Assembly (NCBI GenBank): GCA_963798085.1
Contig: CAWCRS010000002.1
Location: 128,001-192,000, forward strand
Reading direction: 5' to 3'
Source: an uncultured Gemmatimonadales bacterium
Lineage (GTDB): Bacteria > Gemmatimonadota > Gemmatimonadetes > Longimicrobiales > RSA9
Length of the DNA: 64,000 nt
Made by a program: the position numbers and the translations under genes. Of this stretch, positions 31,118-41,885 are shown piece after piece. How positions within the stretch are numbered: the first letter of the stretch is position 1; every line of letters begins with the position of its first letter. A model generated the notes under the pieces. It worked only from the letters and a program-made list of their open reading frames with translations, was not told where the DNA came from and did not search any database.

Positions 31118-31831
31118 ATGACGATTTCACAGTCGCCCTGGCACCCCGAGAACGAAGTCGAGCGGCTCCTTTGCTCCCTCGCCGGAGTCGTGTCGGCCCG
31201 TGTAGTGGCCAATCCGCTGGGTCGTCTCGAAGAGATCCACATCCTGGCATCGCCCGCCCTCGGCGCCAAGCAGGTCGTGCGCAACGTGCAGTCCGCGCTC
31301 AGTGCCGGCCTCGGCATTGTCGTGGACCGTCGCATCATCAGCGTGGCGCAGATCCGGCCCAATGCGCTGGAGGCCGTCGAAGATGCCGAGGAGGCGGACG
31401 AGCTGGGCGGGGCACTCGCGGACACAGGCGCCTACACGCCCGCGGAGCGCGCCCGTCTCGTCTTCATGGGCTACGACGCCCACAGCCGTGCCCACACCAA
31501 TGCCGAGTGCCGTGTACGCATGCGTCGCGACGAGTTCGAGTTCACGGGTACCGGCGCAGGCGCCTCGAATGTGCTGGGCCGGGCGCAGGCCGGCGCACGC
31601 GCGGTGTTCGCCGCGGTTGCGGCCGCCATCGAAGAGGATGTCGTGGCGCTGGAGAGCGCGTCGCTCATCGAAACCCACGGTCGCACGTTCGTGCTGGTCG
31701 CCGCGCGTGCTGTCTCGGGGCGCGATGCCTTCCAGTTGACCGGGGTCGCCCGGCTGGACCGCGCACCCGAGGAAGCCGCGATCCTGGCTTCGCTGCAGGC
31801 GACCAACCGCTGGATCGCCCTCGGCGCCTGA
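31118..31831 (+). CDS. Conserved hypothetical protein (paralog 1 of tandem pair)
   Basis: RBS GGAG; EIHILA...KQVVRNVQSAL...VDRRIISVAQ; ends EEAAILASLQATNRW. Confidence 0.75.
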   Translation: MTISQSPWHPENEVERLLCSLAGVVSARVVANPLGRLEEIHILASPALGAKQVVRNVQSALSAGLGIVVDRRIISVAQIRPNALEAVEDAEEADELGGALADTGAYTPAERARLVFMGYDAHSRAHTNAECRVRMRRDEFEFTGTGAGASNVLGRAQAGARAVFAAVAAAIEEDVVALESASLIETHGRTFVLVAARAVSGRDAFQLTGVARLDRAPEEAAILASLQATNRWIALGA

Positions 31832-31841
31832 CGCCGGCCGA

Positions 31842-32576
31842 ATGAGCGACGAGCAGAACGGCTCGCAGGAGGCGGCACACGATCTGGAGCTCTGGCTCGT
31901 GCACGCCCTCGAGCAGCTCCCCGGTGTCCTCGCCGCCGCTGTCTGGCTCGCCGACCTGAAGCATGTCCGTGCGGTCCATATTACCGCGGCGCCCACCGCC
32001 TCCGGCACCATCCTCACGAACGCGACGGCGCGCGTGCTGCGCAAGCACGGACTCGACTTCACCACTGACGCCATCTCGATCGTCGGCAAGGACGCGGCGG
32101 GTCAGATCACCGAAGAGGCGCCCGCAGCGGCGGGCCCCACGCGCGCATCGGCCATGCCTCAGGCGCACACGATTTCGCTCAGCACCACGCCCAGCGTGCG
32201 TTATCTGCTGCTGCACGACCTGGCCGTGGCGCGCAGCGGCAGCCGGGTGACCTGCACGGTGCACGTGGAACGTGGCACCGCGCTGTTTGCGGGGGAAGCC
32301 ATCGAGCTGGACACGGAGTCCGGGCGCACGCGCGCCGCCGCGCGCGCCACACTGAATGCCGCGGAGCACGCGTCGGAGAAGCTGGCACTCGGGCTGGAGG
32401 GCGCGCTCGTGCTCGACATGTTCGGCCGGAAGTACGTCGCGGCCTCGGTGGAAGCCGCGATCGAGCGACGCTTCGCGGTGCTGGCCGGGCTCGTGCCCAT
32501 CGACCCGGCGCGCTCGGTCGAGGAAGCCGCCTGCCTGGCCGCGCTGCGCGCCATCGACCGCTGGATTGCCTGGTAA
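31842..32576 (+). CDS. Conserved hypothetical protein (paralog 2 of tandem pair)
   Basis: Same layout as upstream gene; ends EEAACLAALRAIDRW. Confidence 0.75.
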   Translation: MSDEQNGSQEAAHDLELWLVHALEQLPGVLAAAVWLADLKHVRAVHITAAPTASGTILTNATARVLRKHGLDFTTDAISIVGKDAAGQITEEAPAAAGPTRASAMPQAHTISLSTTPSVRYLLLHDLAVARSGSRVTCTVHVERGTALFAGEAIELDTESGRTRAAARATLNAAEHASEKLALGLEGALVLDMFGRKYVAASVEAAIERRFAVLAGLVPIDPARSVEEAACLAALRAIDRWIAW

Positions 32577-32622
32577 ACGAGCTGTTAGAGGGCCCCCGGC
32601 CCGTGCGGGCGGGAAGCGCAGC

Positions 32623-32795
32623 TCAGACGTTGCAAGGCCTGCCGAAGAAACGACGGATCTCCCGCACCAGCCGCATGGGCTCGACGGGCTTGGCGAGGAA
32701 ACCATCGCAGCCCGCGTCCAGGGCGCGCTGCCGGTCTTCTTCCATCGCGGGGGCGGGACGGCGATCACCGGCATGTGGCGGGTGAGCGGATCGCG
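32623..32795 (-). pseudogene. Remnant of a CheY/DivK-like response-regulator receiver (C-terminal half only, frameshifted)
   Basis: Manual translation RDPLTRHMPVIAV//AMEEDRQRALDAGCDGFLAKPVEPMRLVREIRRF; no N-terminal half before the upstream gene's stop at 32881. Confidence 0.7.
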
Positions 32796-32880
32796 GTCCC
32801 GCGCCCGGTGTCAGCAGGGTTGATTCGCCACCTGAATCGCCGGTGCAAGGCCTGACGCCGGAAGGCCGCGCGCCGCTCCG

Positions 32881-33909
32881 TCAGACCTCCTCGAGATCTT
32901 CCTTTTCCTTGAAGATCTTGAGGTTCGTCGAATGACCCGGGTTGTAGCGTGCCGACGGGTTGAGATAGTGTACTGCGTGGTTCACGGCCATGGCCGCTTC
33001 GCTGAATCCCGTCACGATCAGTTCCAGCTTGCCTTCGTAGGTCACAATGTCGCCCGCGGCGAACACGCCCGGCAGGTTCGTCTCGAGCCGGTTGCTCACC
33101 CGGATCGAATTCTTCTCGAGCTCCAGGCCCCAGTGCGCGATCGGTCCGAGATCGGGCTTGAAGCCGATCAGCGCCAGCACCGCATCCACCTCGTAGGTCG
33201 ATTCTGCGCCGCTGCGATTATCGAAGATGGTGACACCTGAGACAGCGGAGTCGCCGTGGATCGCGCGCACTTCTCGGTGGGTGAGCAGCTCGATGCTGCC
33301 GTCGGCGACACCGTCGTGCAGCTGGCGCATGGATTGATGGTGCGCGCGAAACCCCTCCCGCCGGTGGATCAGGATCAGACGTTTCGTCAGGCCGCGCAGA
33401 TTCAGCACCCAGTCGACTGCGCTGTCGCCTCCACCGACGATGAGCACGCGGCTGCCGTGGTACAGTGACGGATCCCGCACATGGTAGCTGACGCCGCGAC
33501 CCAGCAGCGCCTCGTAGCCGGGCACGTCCAGCCCGCGCGGCGCGAATGCGCCCTTGCCGCCGGAAATGAGGACGGTGCGCGTGGTCAGCCGGTCGCGATT
33601 GGTGACGACGATCCAGTGATCTTCCGCACGCTCCAGCTTCATCACTTCTTCTTCGAGACGCACCTCCGCGCCCCACTGCGTGCCCTGCTGCGCCATGTTC
33701 TGGCTCAGCTCGCGCGCCAGGATGCGGGGGAATCCACCCACATCATAAATGTACTTCTCGGGATAGAGCGCGCTCAGCTGTCCGCCCAGCTCGGGCAGCG
33801 AATCAATGATGCGGCAGCTGAGTCCGCGCATGCCGGCGTAGAACGCGCCAAACAGCCCGGTGGGTCCGCCACCAATGATCGTGATGTCCGTGATCTTGTC
33901 GCTTGCCAC
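32881..33909 (-). CDS. Ferredoxin-NADP+ reductase, TrxR-like (YumC type)
   Basis: IIGGGPTG, GGQLSALYPEKYIYDV, GGGDSAVDW, no CxxC, C-terminal GHST. Confidence 0.88.
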   Translation of the reverse strand: MASDKITDITIIGGGPTGLFGAFYAGMRGLSCRIIDSLPELGGQLSALYPEKYIYDVGGFPRILARELSQNMAQQGTQWGAEVRLEEEVMKLERAEDHWIVVTNRDRLTTRTVLISGGKGAFAPRGLDVPGYEALLGRGVSYHVRDPSLYHGSRVLIVGGGDSAVDWVLNLRGLTKRLILIHRREGFRAHHQSMRQLHDGVADGSIELLTHREVRAIHGDSAVSGVTIFDNRSGAESTYEVDAVLALIGFKPDLGPIAHWGLELEKNSIRVSNRLETNLPGVFAAGDIVTYEGKLELIVTGFSEAAMAVNHAVHYLNPSARYNPGHSTNLKIFKEKEDLEEV

Positions 33910-33928
33910 CGTCAGTCCTCTGCCTGCG

Positions 33929-35213
33929 TCAGCTCTGCGCGTCGGCCTCGCCCTCGAAGAAATGCGACGCGCGGTAGCGTTGTACCCCTTCGTGAATCAG
34001 CAGCTTGATCATCACTGCCGCGGGCATGGCCAGCAACAGTCCGACGAAGCCGAAGAAGAATCCGCCCACCGCGAGCGCCAGCATCACCCACACCGGGTGC
34101 AGTCCCACGGACCCGCCCACAATGCGCGGCCCGGTGACGGAGCCGTCGATGAACTGCACCACCGCGAACACGGCTCCCGCCTTGAGCAGCGCGGTCGCCA
34201 CATTGCCGCTGAGCAGCGCAATGATCACGACCGGCACGATGCTGGCGATCAATCCAACATAGGGCACCAGGTTGAACACGCCCGCAACGACGCCCACGAG
34301 TCCGGAATTCGGGAAACCCAGGACGAGCAGACCCAGCCACGTGAGCACGCCCACGAGCGCGGCTTCGATCAGCTGGCCGCGCAGGAAGCGTGAGAGCAGC
34401 CGGTCGTATTCGCGGAAGAAGCGCAGCATGCCCTCGCGACGCGTCGGTGGAATGAGAGACGTCGCCTGCGCCTTGATGCGGTCGAAGTCGCGCAGCAGAT
34501 AGACGAGTAACACCGGTGTCAGCACGAGGTAGCTCAGCACGCCGAGCACGGCGCCCAGGCCGCGACCCACGCCCAGCAGCGCGGACAGACCGCCACCCAG
34601 CATCCGGCTCTGCCGATCGCGGATCATTTCGGACAGCCGCGCCGGATTGAGAAAAGCGATGTCGCGCGTGGGATCGAAGTCCGGCAGGAACGGTATGCGC
34701 ATGTTGCCCAGCCGGTCGTGTATGGACTGCAGCCACGTGCCCAGGCGCTGCAGCGCTTCGGGTGTGTGCTGGATCACACTCTCGATCTGGTCCGCGATCG
34801 CCGGCACCGCGCCCACGATCAGTACGGCCAGCAGCGCCGAGTGCGGGCACAGCCAGCAGGCCAATGGCCGGACCCCGTTTTATGCGACGACGCTCCAGCA
34901 CGTCCACGGCGGGATCCAGGATGTACGCCAGCGCCAGCGCCAGCAGGAATGGCGCGAGCAGTCCACCCAGCCGTTCCAGCAGCCAGACAGCGATCAGCAG
35001 CGTGGCCAGCACCACGACAGTGGTGTGCCCGCGCATGCCGGCATACGGCGAGATCAGCGCGACGAGGACGAGGTAGCAGAGCAGGGGTCCGAGGATGGAG
35101 TGCAGCGAGAGTGTGAACAGGATGGCGGCGCCCAGCACCAGCGCGCCATAGAGCACACGCCACTGGTCGCGGCGCTCCGCGGCGCCGCGGTTGTCAGCCC
35201 GCGACGGCTCCAT
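33929..35213 (-). CDS. AI-2E family transporter; frameshift near 34840
   Basis: LAYILDP, FLRGQL, NLVPYVG, VGLHPVW, GLLLAMP. Confidence 0.88.
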
Positions 35214-35715
35214 CACCGCTCGCCGGGCCGGCCGGTCCCTGCAGCAGGCGGTCCCCGGCGGCGCGCAGCACTTCGCGCGCATTGTCGTAGGTCACGGTCT
35301 CGAGCGCACTCTCGAATGTGCACCAGAATGCACGCCGTGATGCCTTCCTCGAGCTGCGGTACGGGCTCGCCGCCGTCGGACTCGACCAGAAAGAAATGAC
35401 AGATCTTGTGGACCAGCCGGCCCTGATGGCGATAGTACCAGTCGATCGTGGGCAGCTCCGCCATCACCGCGAGCGTGTTCAGACCCGTCTCCTCGCCCAC
35501 TTCGCGCAGGGCCGCATCCTGCGGCGATTCCCTGCCCTCAATGTGGCCCTTCGGCAGTCCCCAGTTCTCGTACGGATCGCGAATCAGCAGGAACGCGAAG
35601 CCATGGCCGTTACGCCGCACCACCACGCCGCCCGAGCTGTGCTCGACACGCGCGCGGCCGCGACGCCGGCCGCGACGTTTCGGCTTGCCCTCCCCGCGCT
35701 CTGCCCCTGGCTCAA
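35194..35715 (-). CDS. NUDIX hydrolase; apparent frameshifts near 35700 and 35327
   Basis: SSGGVVV, WGLPKGH, ESPQDAALREVGEETGL; TTG start after GAGGTG; corrected tail WCTFESALETVTYDNAR. Confidence 0.8.
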
Positions 35716-35769
35716 ATCCACCTCACTCGTTTCCCGCGGCGGGCCGGTGCACAGCCCGGCCGCGCGCGC

Positions 35770-36759
35770 TCAGAATACCCGCACATTGATGTAGCGGCGA
35801 GGATTCGTGCGCAGATCCTTGAGCAGCGTCTGCAGTTCCTGGTTCGACTCGACCAGCTTCCAGTACAGCGTGGTGTCACGCAGCATGAGGCCCAGCGTGC
35901 CCTGCCCGTTGGCCAGCGCGCTCGCCACATCGCCCACGGAGCGCAGCACGGTGTCCGCCGTGGTCGCCGTGGTGCGCATGGTCCGACTCGCAATGAGCAG
36001 CTCCTTCGACAGCGAATCGATCTGCGTGGATGCGTGCTCCGCCGTAACCATGATGCTGACGAGCCGGTCGCCGCTGATCGCCTGTTCCACCTGCGAGAAC
36101 GTGCGGTTGATGGTGTCCACCGCCTTGCCCAGCGCATCCGCGGTCTGCCCCAGGTCCGCGGCCAGTCCGTCCACCGCCTTCTGCTGCCGCGTCACCATGT
36201 CCGTCAGCTGGCCACTGACCTGATTGATGTTGTCGATGGCGCGCCGGATATTGGCGGCTGTCTCTTCCGTGAACGCCACCTCGAAGCGCGAGCTGAGCGT
36301 GGCCATGTTCCGTGCGATCTGGTCGGCCACCGCAGTGAGTCGCGAAATGTCGGGCAGTGCCGCGCCCGGCAGTACCGTGGGATCCAATGCTTCGGCGTAG
36401 TCGTAGTCCGCGACGGATGTGCGCGGGAAGATCTCCGCCTGCCAGTCGCCGAACATCGAGCCGGGCGCCAGCACTACCACGGGATCCTCCGGCAGGCGCA
36501 CGTCCGCCTTCACGCGCATGGTGACGATCACGCCATCGCCCGTCGCCTCCAGCTCGATGGAACGCACCCGGCCGATAAGCACGCCGTGCACCTTCACCGC
36601 ATTGCCGTCCTGCAGCTGACCCACTTCGTGGAAGCGCGCCTTCAGCTCCAGCTCATCCGTGCCCAGCTTCTTGCCCTTCAGCCAGAGCGTGCCGAACAGC
36701 ACTACCACGATGGCCAGGATCACGGAGGCGCCGACCAGCACTTCATTGCGGGCTTTCAT
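35770..36759 (-). CDS. MlaD/MCE family protein
   Basis: N-terminal TM; GQLQDGNAVKVHGVLIGRV MCE motif; helical tail GTLG...LLKDLRTNPRRY. Confidence 0.88.
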   Translation of the reverse strand: MKARNEVLVGASVILAIVVVLFGTLWLKGKKLGTDELELKARFHEVGQLQDGNAVKVHGVLIGRVRSIELEATGDGVIVTMRVKADVRLPEDPVVVLAPGSMFGDWQAEIFPRTSVADYDYAEALDPTVLPGAALPDISRLTAVADQIARNMATLSSRFEVAFTEETAANIRRAIDNINQVSGQLTDMVTRQQKAVDGLAADLGQTADALGKAVDTINRTFSQVEQAISGDRLVSIMVTAEHASTQIDSLSKELLIASRTMRTTATTADTVLRSVGDVASALANGQGTLGLMLRDTTLYWKLVESNQELQTLLKDLRTNPRRYINVRVF

Positions 36760-37507
36760 GCTGCCGCCTCCTGCGCAAGGTCAGGCCTGCCTTCGATGAA
36801 TCCGCGCACGACCGGATCATCCGCGGCCCGGATCTCGTCGGGTGTGCCCGTGAAACGGATGCGGCCGCGATAGAGCATGGCAATGCGATCCGCCACCCGG
36901 TATGCCGACTGCATGTCGTGCGTCACGACGACGCTGGTAACACCGAGTTCGCGCCGCATGCGCTGCACCAGATCATCGATCACCGCGGTGGTCACCGGGT
37001 CCAGGCCCGACGTGGGTTCGTCGTAGAGCAGGTACTTGGGACGCGTGGCAATGGCCCGCGCCAGTCCCACACGCTTGCGCTGCCCGCCGGAAATCTCGGC
37101 CGGCAGCCGCGCGTCGTACCCATCCATTTCGACCAGCCGCAGCGAATCATGAACCCGCGCCGCCACCTCTTCTTCGCTCATGCGCCGCGAACGGCGCAGT
37201 CCCATGGCCACGTTGTCGAATACACTCATGGAGTCGAACAGCGCCGCGAACTGGAAGACGTACCCCACGTGGCGACGCAGCTCGTACAGCTCTTCCTGCG
37301 CCATTGCAGCCACGTCGCGGTCGTCCACGATCACGGTGCCGGCATCCGGCTCGACCAGCCGCACAATGGTCTTGAGCAACACTGATTTCCCGCGCCCAAT
37401 GTGCCGATCACCGCCATGGTTTCTCCATCACGGATTTCAAGATCGACCTCTTCCAGCACGACCTTGCCGCCGAACGCCTTGCGCACCCCGCTCAGCACGA
37501 TGCTCAT
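36756..37507 (-). CDS. MlaF-like ABC ATPase; frameshift in Walker A near 37388
   Basis: VFQFAALFDSM, ISGGQRKRVGLARA, YDEPTSGLDP. Confidence 0.88.
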
Positions 37508-38294
37508 ATCAGGGTCACCGCCCAGAACGCATCCAGCACCAGGATCAGCATGCTGGACACCACCACGGCCTGCGTGGTGGAGCGACCCACCGCCTCCGCG
37601 CCGCCCAATGTGCTGAAGCCGAAGAAGCGCCGATCAATGTGACCGCCAGCCCGAAGGATGCCGCCTTCAGCAGGGAGTACCGAATGTCGAAGGTGCGGAA
37701 GAAGAGACGCAGCCCGCGCACGAACTCCGGCGTCGACAGATCCAGCAGATTGATGGCGGTGATCCAGCCCCCCACGATGCCGACGGCGTTGGCGAATGCC
37801 ACGACCACAGGGAACATCAGCACGCCCGCGAGCACACGCGGCACGACGAGGTACGCGACCGGATCGTAAGCCAGTGTTTCCAGCGCGTCGATCTGCTCGG
37901 TCACGCGCATGCTGCCGATCTCGGCCGCGATGTTGGCGCCGACCCGGCCCGCCAGGGCCAGGCCTGTGAGCACCGGACCCAGCTCCAGCACCATCGTTTT
38001 CTCCACCAGCACGCCCACGAAATACAACGGCACCGCGCCCGTGAACGTGTACGATGCCTGGAGCGCCAGAACGATGCCGGTGAAGCTGGCAATGAAGAGT
38101 GCGATGGGCAGGGAATCGACCCCCAGCCTCGCCATTTGCAGGATCAGCAGCCGGCCCCAGAATGCCAATGTTGGGAAGCGCGCGTCCCATCTCCGCCGGC
38201 GAAAGCGCCAGAAACGGCCGAAGCCTGCCGCGAATCCGATCGCGCCACGGCCCACCGCAGCGACCGGAACCTCCCAGGCCGACCTCATGGCCAT
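37504..38294 (-). CDS. MlaE-like ABC permease; apparent frameshifts near 38200 and 37630
   Basis: GVDSLPI, ELGPVLT, GRVGANIAAEIGSMRVTEQIDAL, GGAEAVGRSTT. Confidence 0.88.
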
Positions 38295-38333
38295 GAAGTT
38301 ACCCCGCCCGGCCGCAGGCCGTCCACCCGAATC

Positions 38334-39167
38334 TCAGCCAGCGGGCGAACCGCCGGCGCTGAACCAGTGCAGTTCCTGCACCAGTGGCGCCTCGCCCAGT
38401 TCCGCGGCCAGCCGGAAGAAGTGCAGCAGCCCCTCCTGCATGCGTGCGTCGAGCGTGTAGCGCAGTGAGCGCCAGTAGCGCAGCATGCGCTCGGCCGAGA
38501 GGCCGTAGCGCGCCGAGTGGCGCTGCGCCAGGTCCTCTGCGTGCTCGTAGAAGAAGGCGCGCGACTCCAGCAGGGTCTGGTGCAGCCGCTCCACTTCGGC
38601 CGCCGGCGCACCTGCGCGCACCTGCCACACCGCATAGGCGAAGGGCAGCGCCGTCCATTCCGACCACGCCTGGCCCAGATCCAGCACCACGCGATCCGCG
38701 GGCACGACACGGCGCAGCGCCACATCGCCAATGCGCAGCACTGCGGCCGCGCGTACACCCACCGGATCGCCCGCGTCGGCCTGGTGGAACCACGCGTAGC
38801 GCGGCACTACGCCAAAACGCTTCTCCAGCAGAATGCGCAGCAGCACCACCGAAGTCGCGGATGCCGTCGGCAGCCAAACTTCGCATCCGGATAACGCGTC
38901 GATAGGCACCGCGCTCTCCAGCTGGATGCTGCCCACTTCGCCTTCCGAGCCGATCGCCAGATCGCGCAGCAGCGTGTACTCGTCGGCGTGTCGCGCATAT
39001 TCGATGCTGGAACACGGTGCTACATCCACGCGGCCGATGAGCAGCGCATCATTCAGATCGGATGGCATGCCCATGACCAGCTCGATCCCCTCGGGCCGCT
39101 GCCGCTCGAGCAGCCGCGCATGGACCGGCACGCAATTGCTGAAGTCGATATGACCGAGTCGGATCAT
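38334..39167 (-). CDS. mqnA: Menaquinone (futalosine pathway) chorismate dehydratase MqnA-like protein
   Basis: RLGHIDFSNCVP, SATSVVL, LRIGDVAL, DLGQAWSEWTALPFAYAVW. Confidence 0.8.
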   Translation of the reverse strand: MIRLGHIDFSNCVPVHARLLERQRPEGIELVMGMPSDLNDALLIGRVDVAPCSSIEYARHADEYTLLRDLAIGSEGEVGSIQLESAVPIDALSGCEVWLPTASATSVVLLRILLEKRFGVVPRYAWFHQADAGDPVGVRAAAVLRIGDVALRRVVPADRVVLDLGQAWSEWTALPFAYAVWQVRAGAPAAEVERLHQTLLESRAFFYEHAEDLAQRHSARYGLSAERMLRYWRSLRYTLDARMQEGLLHFFRLAAELGEAPLVQELHWFSAGGSPAG

Positions 39168-39245
39168 GTCATCCGGACGGCAGCGCCCGGGATCGCCGCG
39201 CGGGGCAGAGGTGAGGTCCGGCAGCCGGCAAAGGGCGAACGGCCC

Positions 39246-39617
39246 TCAGCCGGACGGTCGCCTGCGCGCCGGCTTCGTCGATTTGTGATCATCGAAAGTG
39301 AACTGGATGCACGCTCCATCACCACCACGTTCCGGTCGCGAGGTCTCTACCACAATGCGCGTGACGATGCCGTGCGGATCGTGCACATCGATCTCGAACT
39401 CGAGATTCTCTTTACGCGACATCACGCGCGTCCGCACCTTCGCTCCCGGTCGCTTCGCCAGCGGCTCCGGATTGCGGAACAACGTCTTCGTGGATTGCCG
39501 TCCGTTCTCCAGCGTGCGCGTCACCTTCACCTGGTGCAGCCAGTCGGGCGGATAACTGATCGCGTAGTCCGCGCCCCGCTGATCGGTGCCGCGCCCCACT
39601 CTGTTGTGACGAGCCAT
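39246..39617 (-). CDS. Hypothetical protein
   Basis: GGAGG RBS before ATG (MARHNRVG...); non-shadow composition; divergent from rho. Confidence 0.6.
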   Translation of the reverse strand: MARHNRVGRGTDQRGADYAISYPPDWLHQVKVTRTLENGRQSTKTLFRNPEPLAKRPGAKVRTRVMSRKENLEFEIDVHDPHGIVTRIVVETSRPERGGDGACIQFTFDDHKSTKPARRRPSG

Positions 39618-39787
39618 CCACGCCTCCATCGCGTTGCACCGGCGGAGCACCGCCGACCCGCCAACTTTTTCTCCCATCATGGCAACTGTCAAGGCGAGAC
39701 GCACGGCGTGTGACATGCGCCGCACACCCGCTACCGGGCCTGCCCGCCCGTTCCGGCGGCTGCCGCCCCTGCGCGGTGTCCCCACTC

Positions 39788-39816
39788 TTGACCCGCCGCC
39801 AGCGCCGTGCTACACT
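39788..39816 (+). promoter_or_regulatory. Sigma70-type promoter upstream of rho
   Basis: TTGACC, 17 nt spacer, TACACT. Confidence 0.65.
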
Positions 39817-39977
39817 ACCGCGTCACCACGACAATGAACCTTCCCGACTCGGAGGCGCGGTCGCGCGCCATAGCTCCAGCCTATATCTCAGACCCTTGAA
39901 CTCAGGCGCACGGACTCCATCCGCCCGCCTCCGCACACTGCACCATGCTTAACCACGACATTCGGAGCCAACAAACC

Positions 39978-41228
39978 GTGGACATCGCTGAGCTGAAGAG
40001 CAAATCCATCGCGGAACTGCACTCGATGGCGGAGGAGCTCAACATCGCGAACTACTCCGGTTTGCGGAAACAGGATCTGATCTTCCGCATCGAGCAGAAT
40101 CTGCTGGACAGCGACGTCGTTCTGCGCGGCGAAGGTGTGCTCGAGATCCTGCCGGAAGGCTACGGCTTCCTGCGCTCGCAGGATTGGAACTACCTCTACG
40201 GCCCTGATGACATCTATGTCAGCCCGTCGCAGATCAAGCGCTTCGACCTGCGCACCGGTGACACGGTGCTCGGTCAGGTGCGACCGCCCAAGGAGGGCGA
40301 GCGTTACCTGGCACTGCTGAAGGTCGAGCAGGTCAATGGCGATGATCCCGAACGCGCCAAGCATCGCATTGCGTTCGACAACCTGCGCCCGCGCTACCCC
40401 GAGAGCCGCATCAAGCTGGAGAACGAAACCGGCGACCTCTCCATGCGTCTCATGGATCTGGTCGTGCCCATTGGCAAGGGACAGCGCGGCCTGATCGTCT
40501 CACCGCCCAAGGCGGGCAAGACGATCCTGATGCAGAAGATCGCCAACTCGGTGATCGAAAACCATCCTGACGTGCATCTCATCGTGCTGCTGATTGACGA
40601 ACGCCCCGAGGAAGTCACGGACATGGAGGAGCACGTCCGCGGCGAGGTGATTTCCTCCACGTTCGATGAGCCCGCCGACCGCCACGTGCAGGTCGCGGAA
40701 ATGGTGATCGAAAAGGCCAAGCGACTCGTCGAGCACGGGCGTGATGTCGTCATCCTGCTCGACTCCATCACGCGTCTGGCAAGGGCGTACAACGTGGTGG
40801 TGCCGCACTCCGGCAAGATCCTGTCCGGTGGTGTCGATGCGCACGCACTGCACAAACCCAAACGCTTCTTCGGCGCCGCGCGCAACATCGACCAGGGCGG
40901 CTCACTCACCATTATCGCCACGGCGCTGATCGAAACCGGCTCGCGCATGGACGAAGTGATCTTCGAGGAGTTCAAGGGCACCGGCAACATGGAAGTCGTG
41001 CTCGACCGCCACATCGCGGACAAACGCATCTTCCCGGCGATCGACATCAATCGCTCCGGCACACGCAAGGAAGAGTTGCTGCTCGACGAGATCGAGCTCA
41101 ACCGTGTCTATCTGCTGCGCAACTTCCTCGCCGACATGCCGCCCGCCGAAGCGCTCGAGTTCCTGCTCGATCGCATGCGCCGCACCAAGACCAACAAGGA
41201 ATTCCTCGACTCGATGGCGAAAGGCTGA
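39978..41228 (+). CDS. rho: Transcription termination factor Rho
   Basis: [51 protein letters not shown] start after GGAG (alternative ATG at 39945). Confidence 0.97.
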   Translation: MDIAELKSKSIAELHSMAEELNIANYSGLRKQDLIFRIEQNLLDSDVVLRGEGVLEILPEGYGFLRSQDWNYLYGPDDIYVSPSQIKRFDLRTGDTVLGQVRPPKEGERYLALLKVEQVNGDDPERAKHRIAFDNLRPRYPESRIKLENETGDLSMRLMDLVVPIGKGQRGLIVSPPKAGKTILMQKIANSVIENHPDVHLIVLLIDERPEEVTDMEEHVRGEVISSTFDEPADRHVQVAEMVIEKAKRLVEHGRDVVILLDSITRLARAYNVVVPHSGKILSGGVDAHALHKPKRFFGAARNIDQGGSLTIIATALIETGSRMDEVIFEEFKGTGNMEVVLDRHIADKRIFPAIDINRSGTRKEELLLDEIELNRVYLLRNFLADMPPAEALEFLLDRMRRTKTNKEFLDSMAKG

Positions 41229-41250
41229 TCGCGCGAGCGCGCCCCCGACG

Positions 41251-41683
41251 CTACAGACCGAGTCGTCCTTCCACCAGCAGCCCGAGCGTGGCACGCTGCG
41301 CCGCCGAGGGCTCGACCGGCAGCACCGCGGCAAAGCTGCCGGCCCGCGTTTCTTCCAGCAGGAACAGAACCATGTCGCCGGCAGCCAGCGGCGCGCGGTA
41401 TGGCGCCGCGCGGCCCGTCGCATTCGATCGCGGTCATGCGACCCGCGCCGGTCAGCTCGCCCAGCACTCGACCGTAGTCGATCCACACATCCACCGGATC
41501 CACGGCGCTCTCCAGCCGCGGCACCACGTCCTGCTCGTAGTGCTGCGCGGCCCGTGCGAACGCCTCGGCATCACGCGTCTTCAATGCGCGCAGCACGGCG
41601 CGATACGCCTCGCGCGTGTCTGCCAGACCCCGCGTTGCGAAACTCGACTCGAGTCGCTGATCGGCCTGCTTCCGGTCCGCCAC
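41251..41683 (-). CDS. Hypothetical protein; frameshift near 41423
   Basis: Removing one base gives ...TAIDATGRAAPY...LVEGRLGL*, ending cleanly before the rho stop. Confidence 0.55.
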
Positions 41684-41885
41684 GTTTCGCTCGATTCCCG
41701 TGTCTGCGTTCCTGATTCCCTGCTACGGGCGACGCGCTGATGCCGCGATCGCAGCAGTTGCCGCAGCGCCGATTCTGTCCCGCGCACGGGGCCGCGTCAA
41801 CCTCGCCCCGCGACTTCCCCCGCCGCCACGCCGACGCTATGTTGGGTTCCCTTCAGTCGGTGGCCCGTGCACTCGGGAAGGTCTC

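Noticed and set aside
29971..31845. Long alternative-frame or antisense ORFs (e.g. 624 aa here, also 1566-3155, 42536-43795, 47032-48498)
   Set aside because: Shadow ORFs typical of high-GC DNA overlapping well-supported genes; Arg/Ala/His-rich with no motifs
39664..39692. Minus-strand TTGACA upstream of the 39617 gene
   Set aside because: The -10 position reads AAAAGT, a poor match
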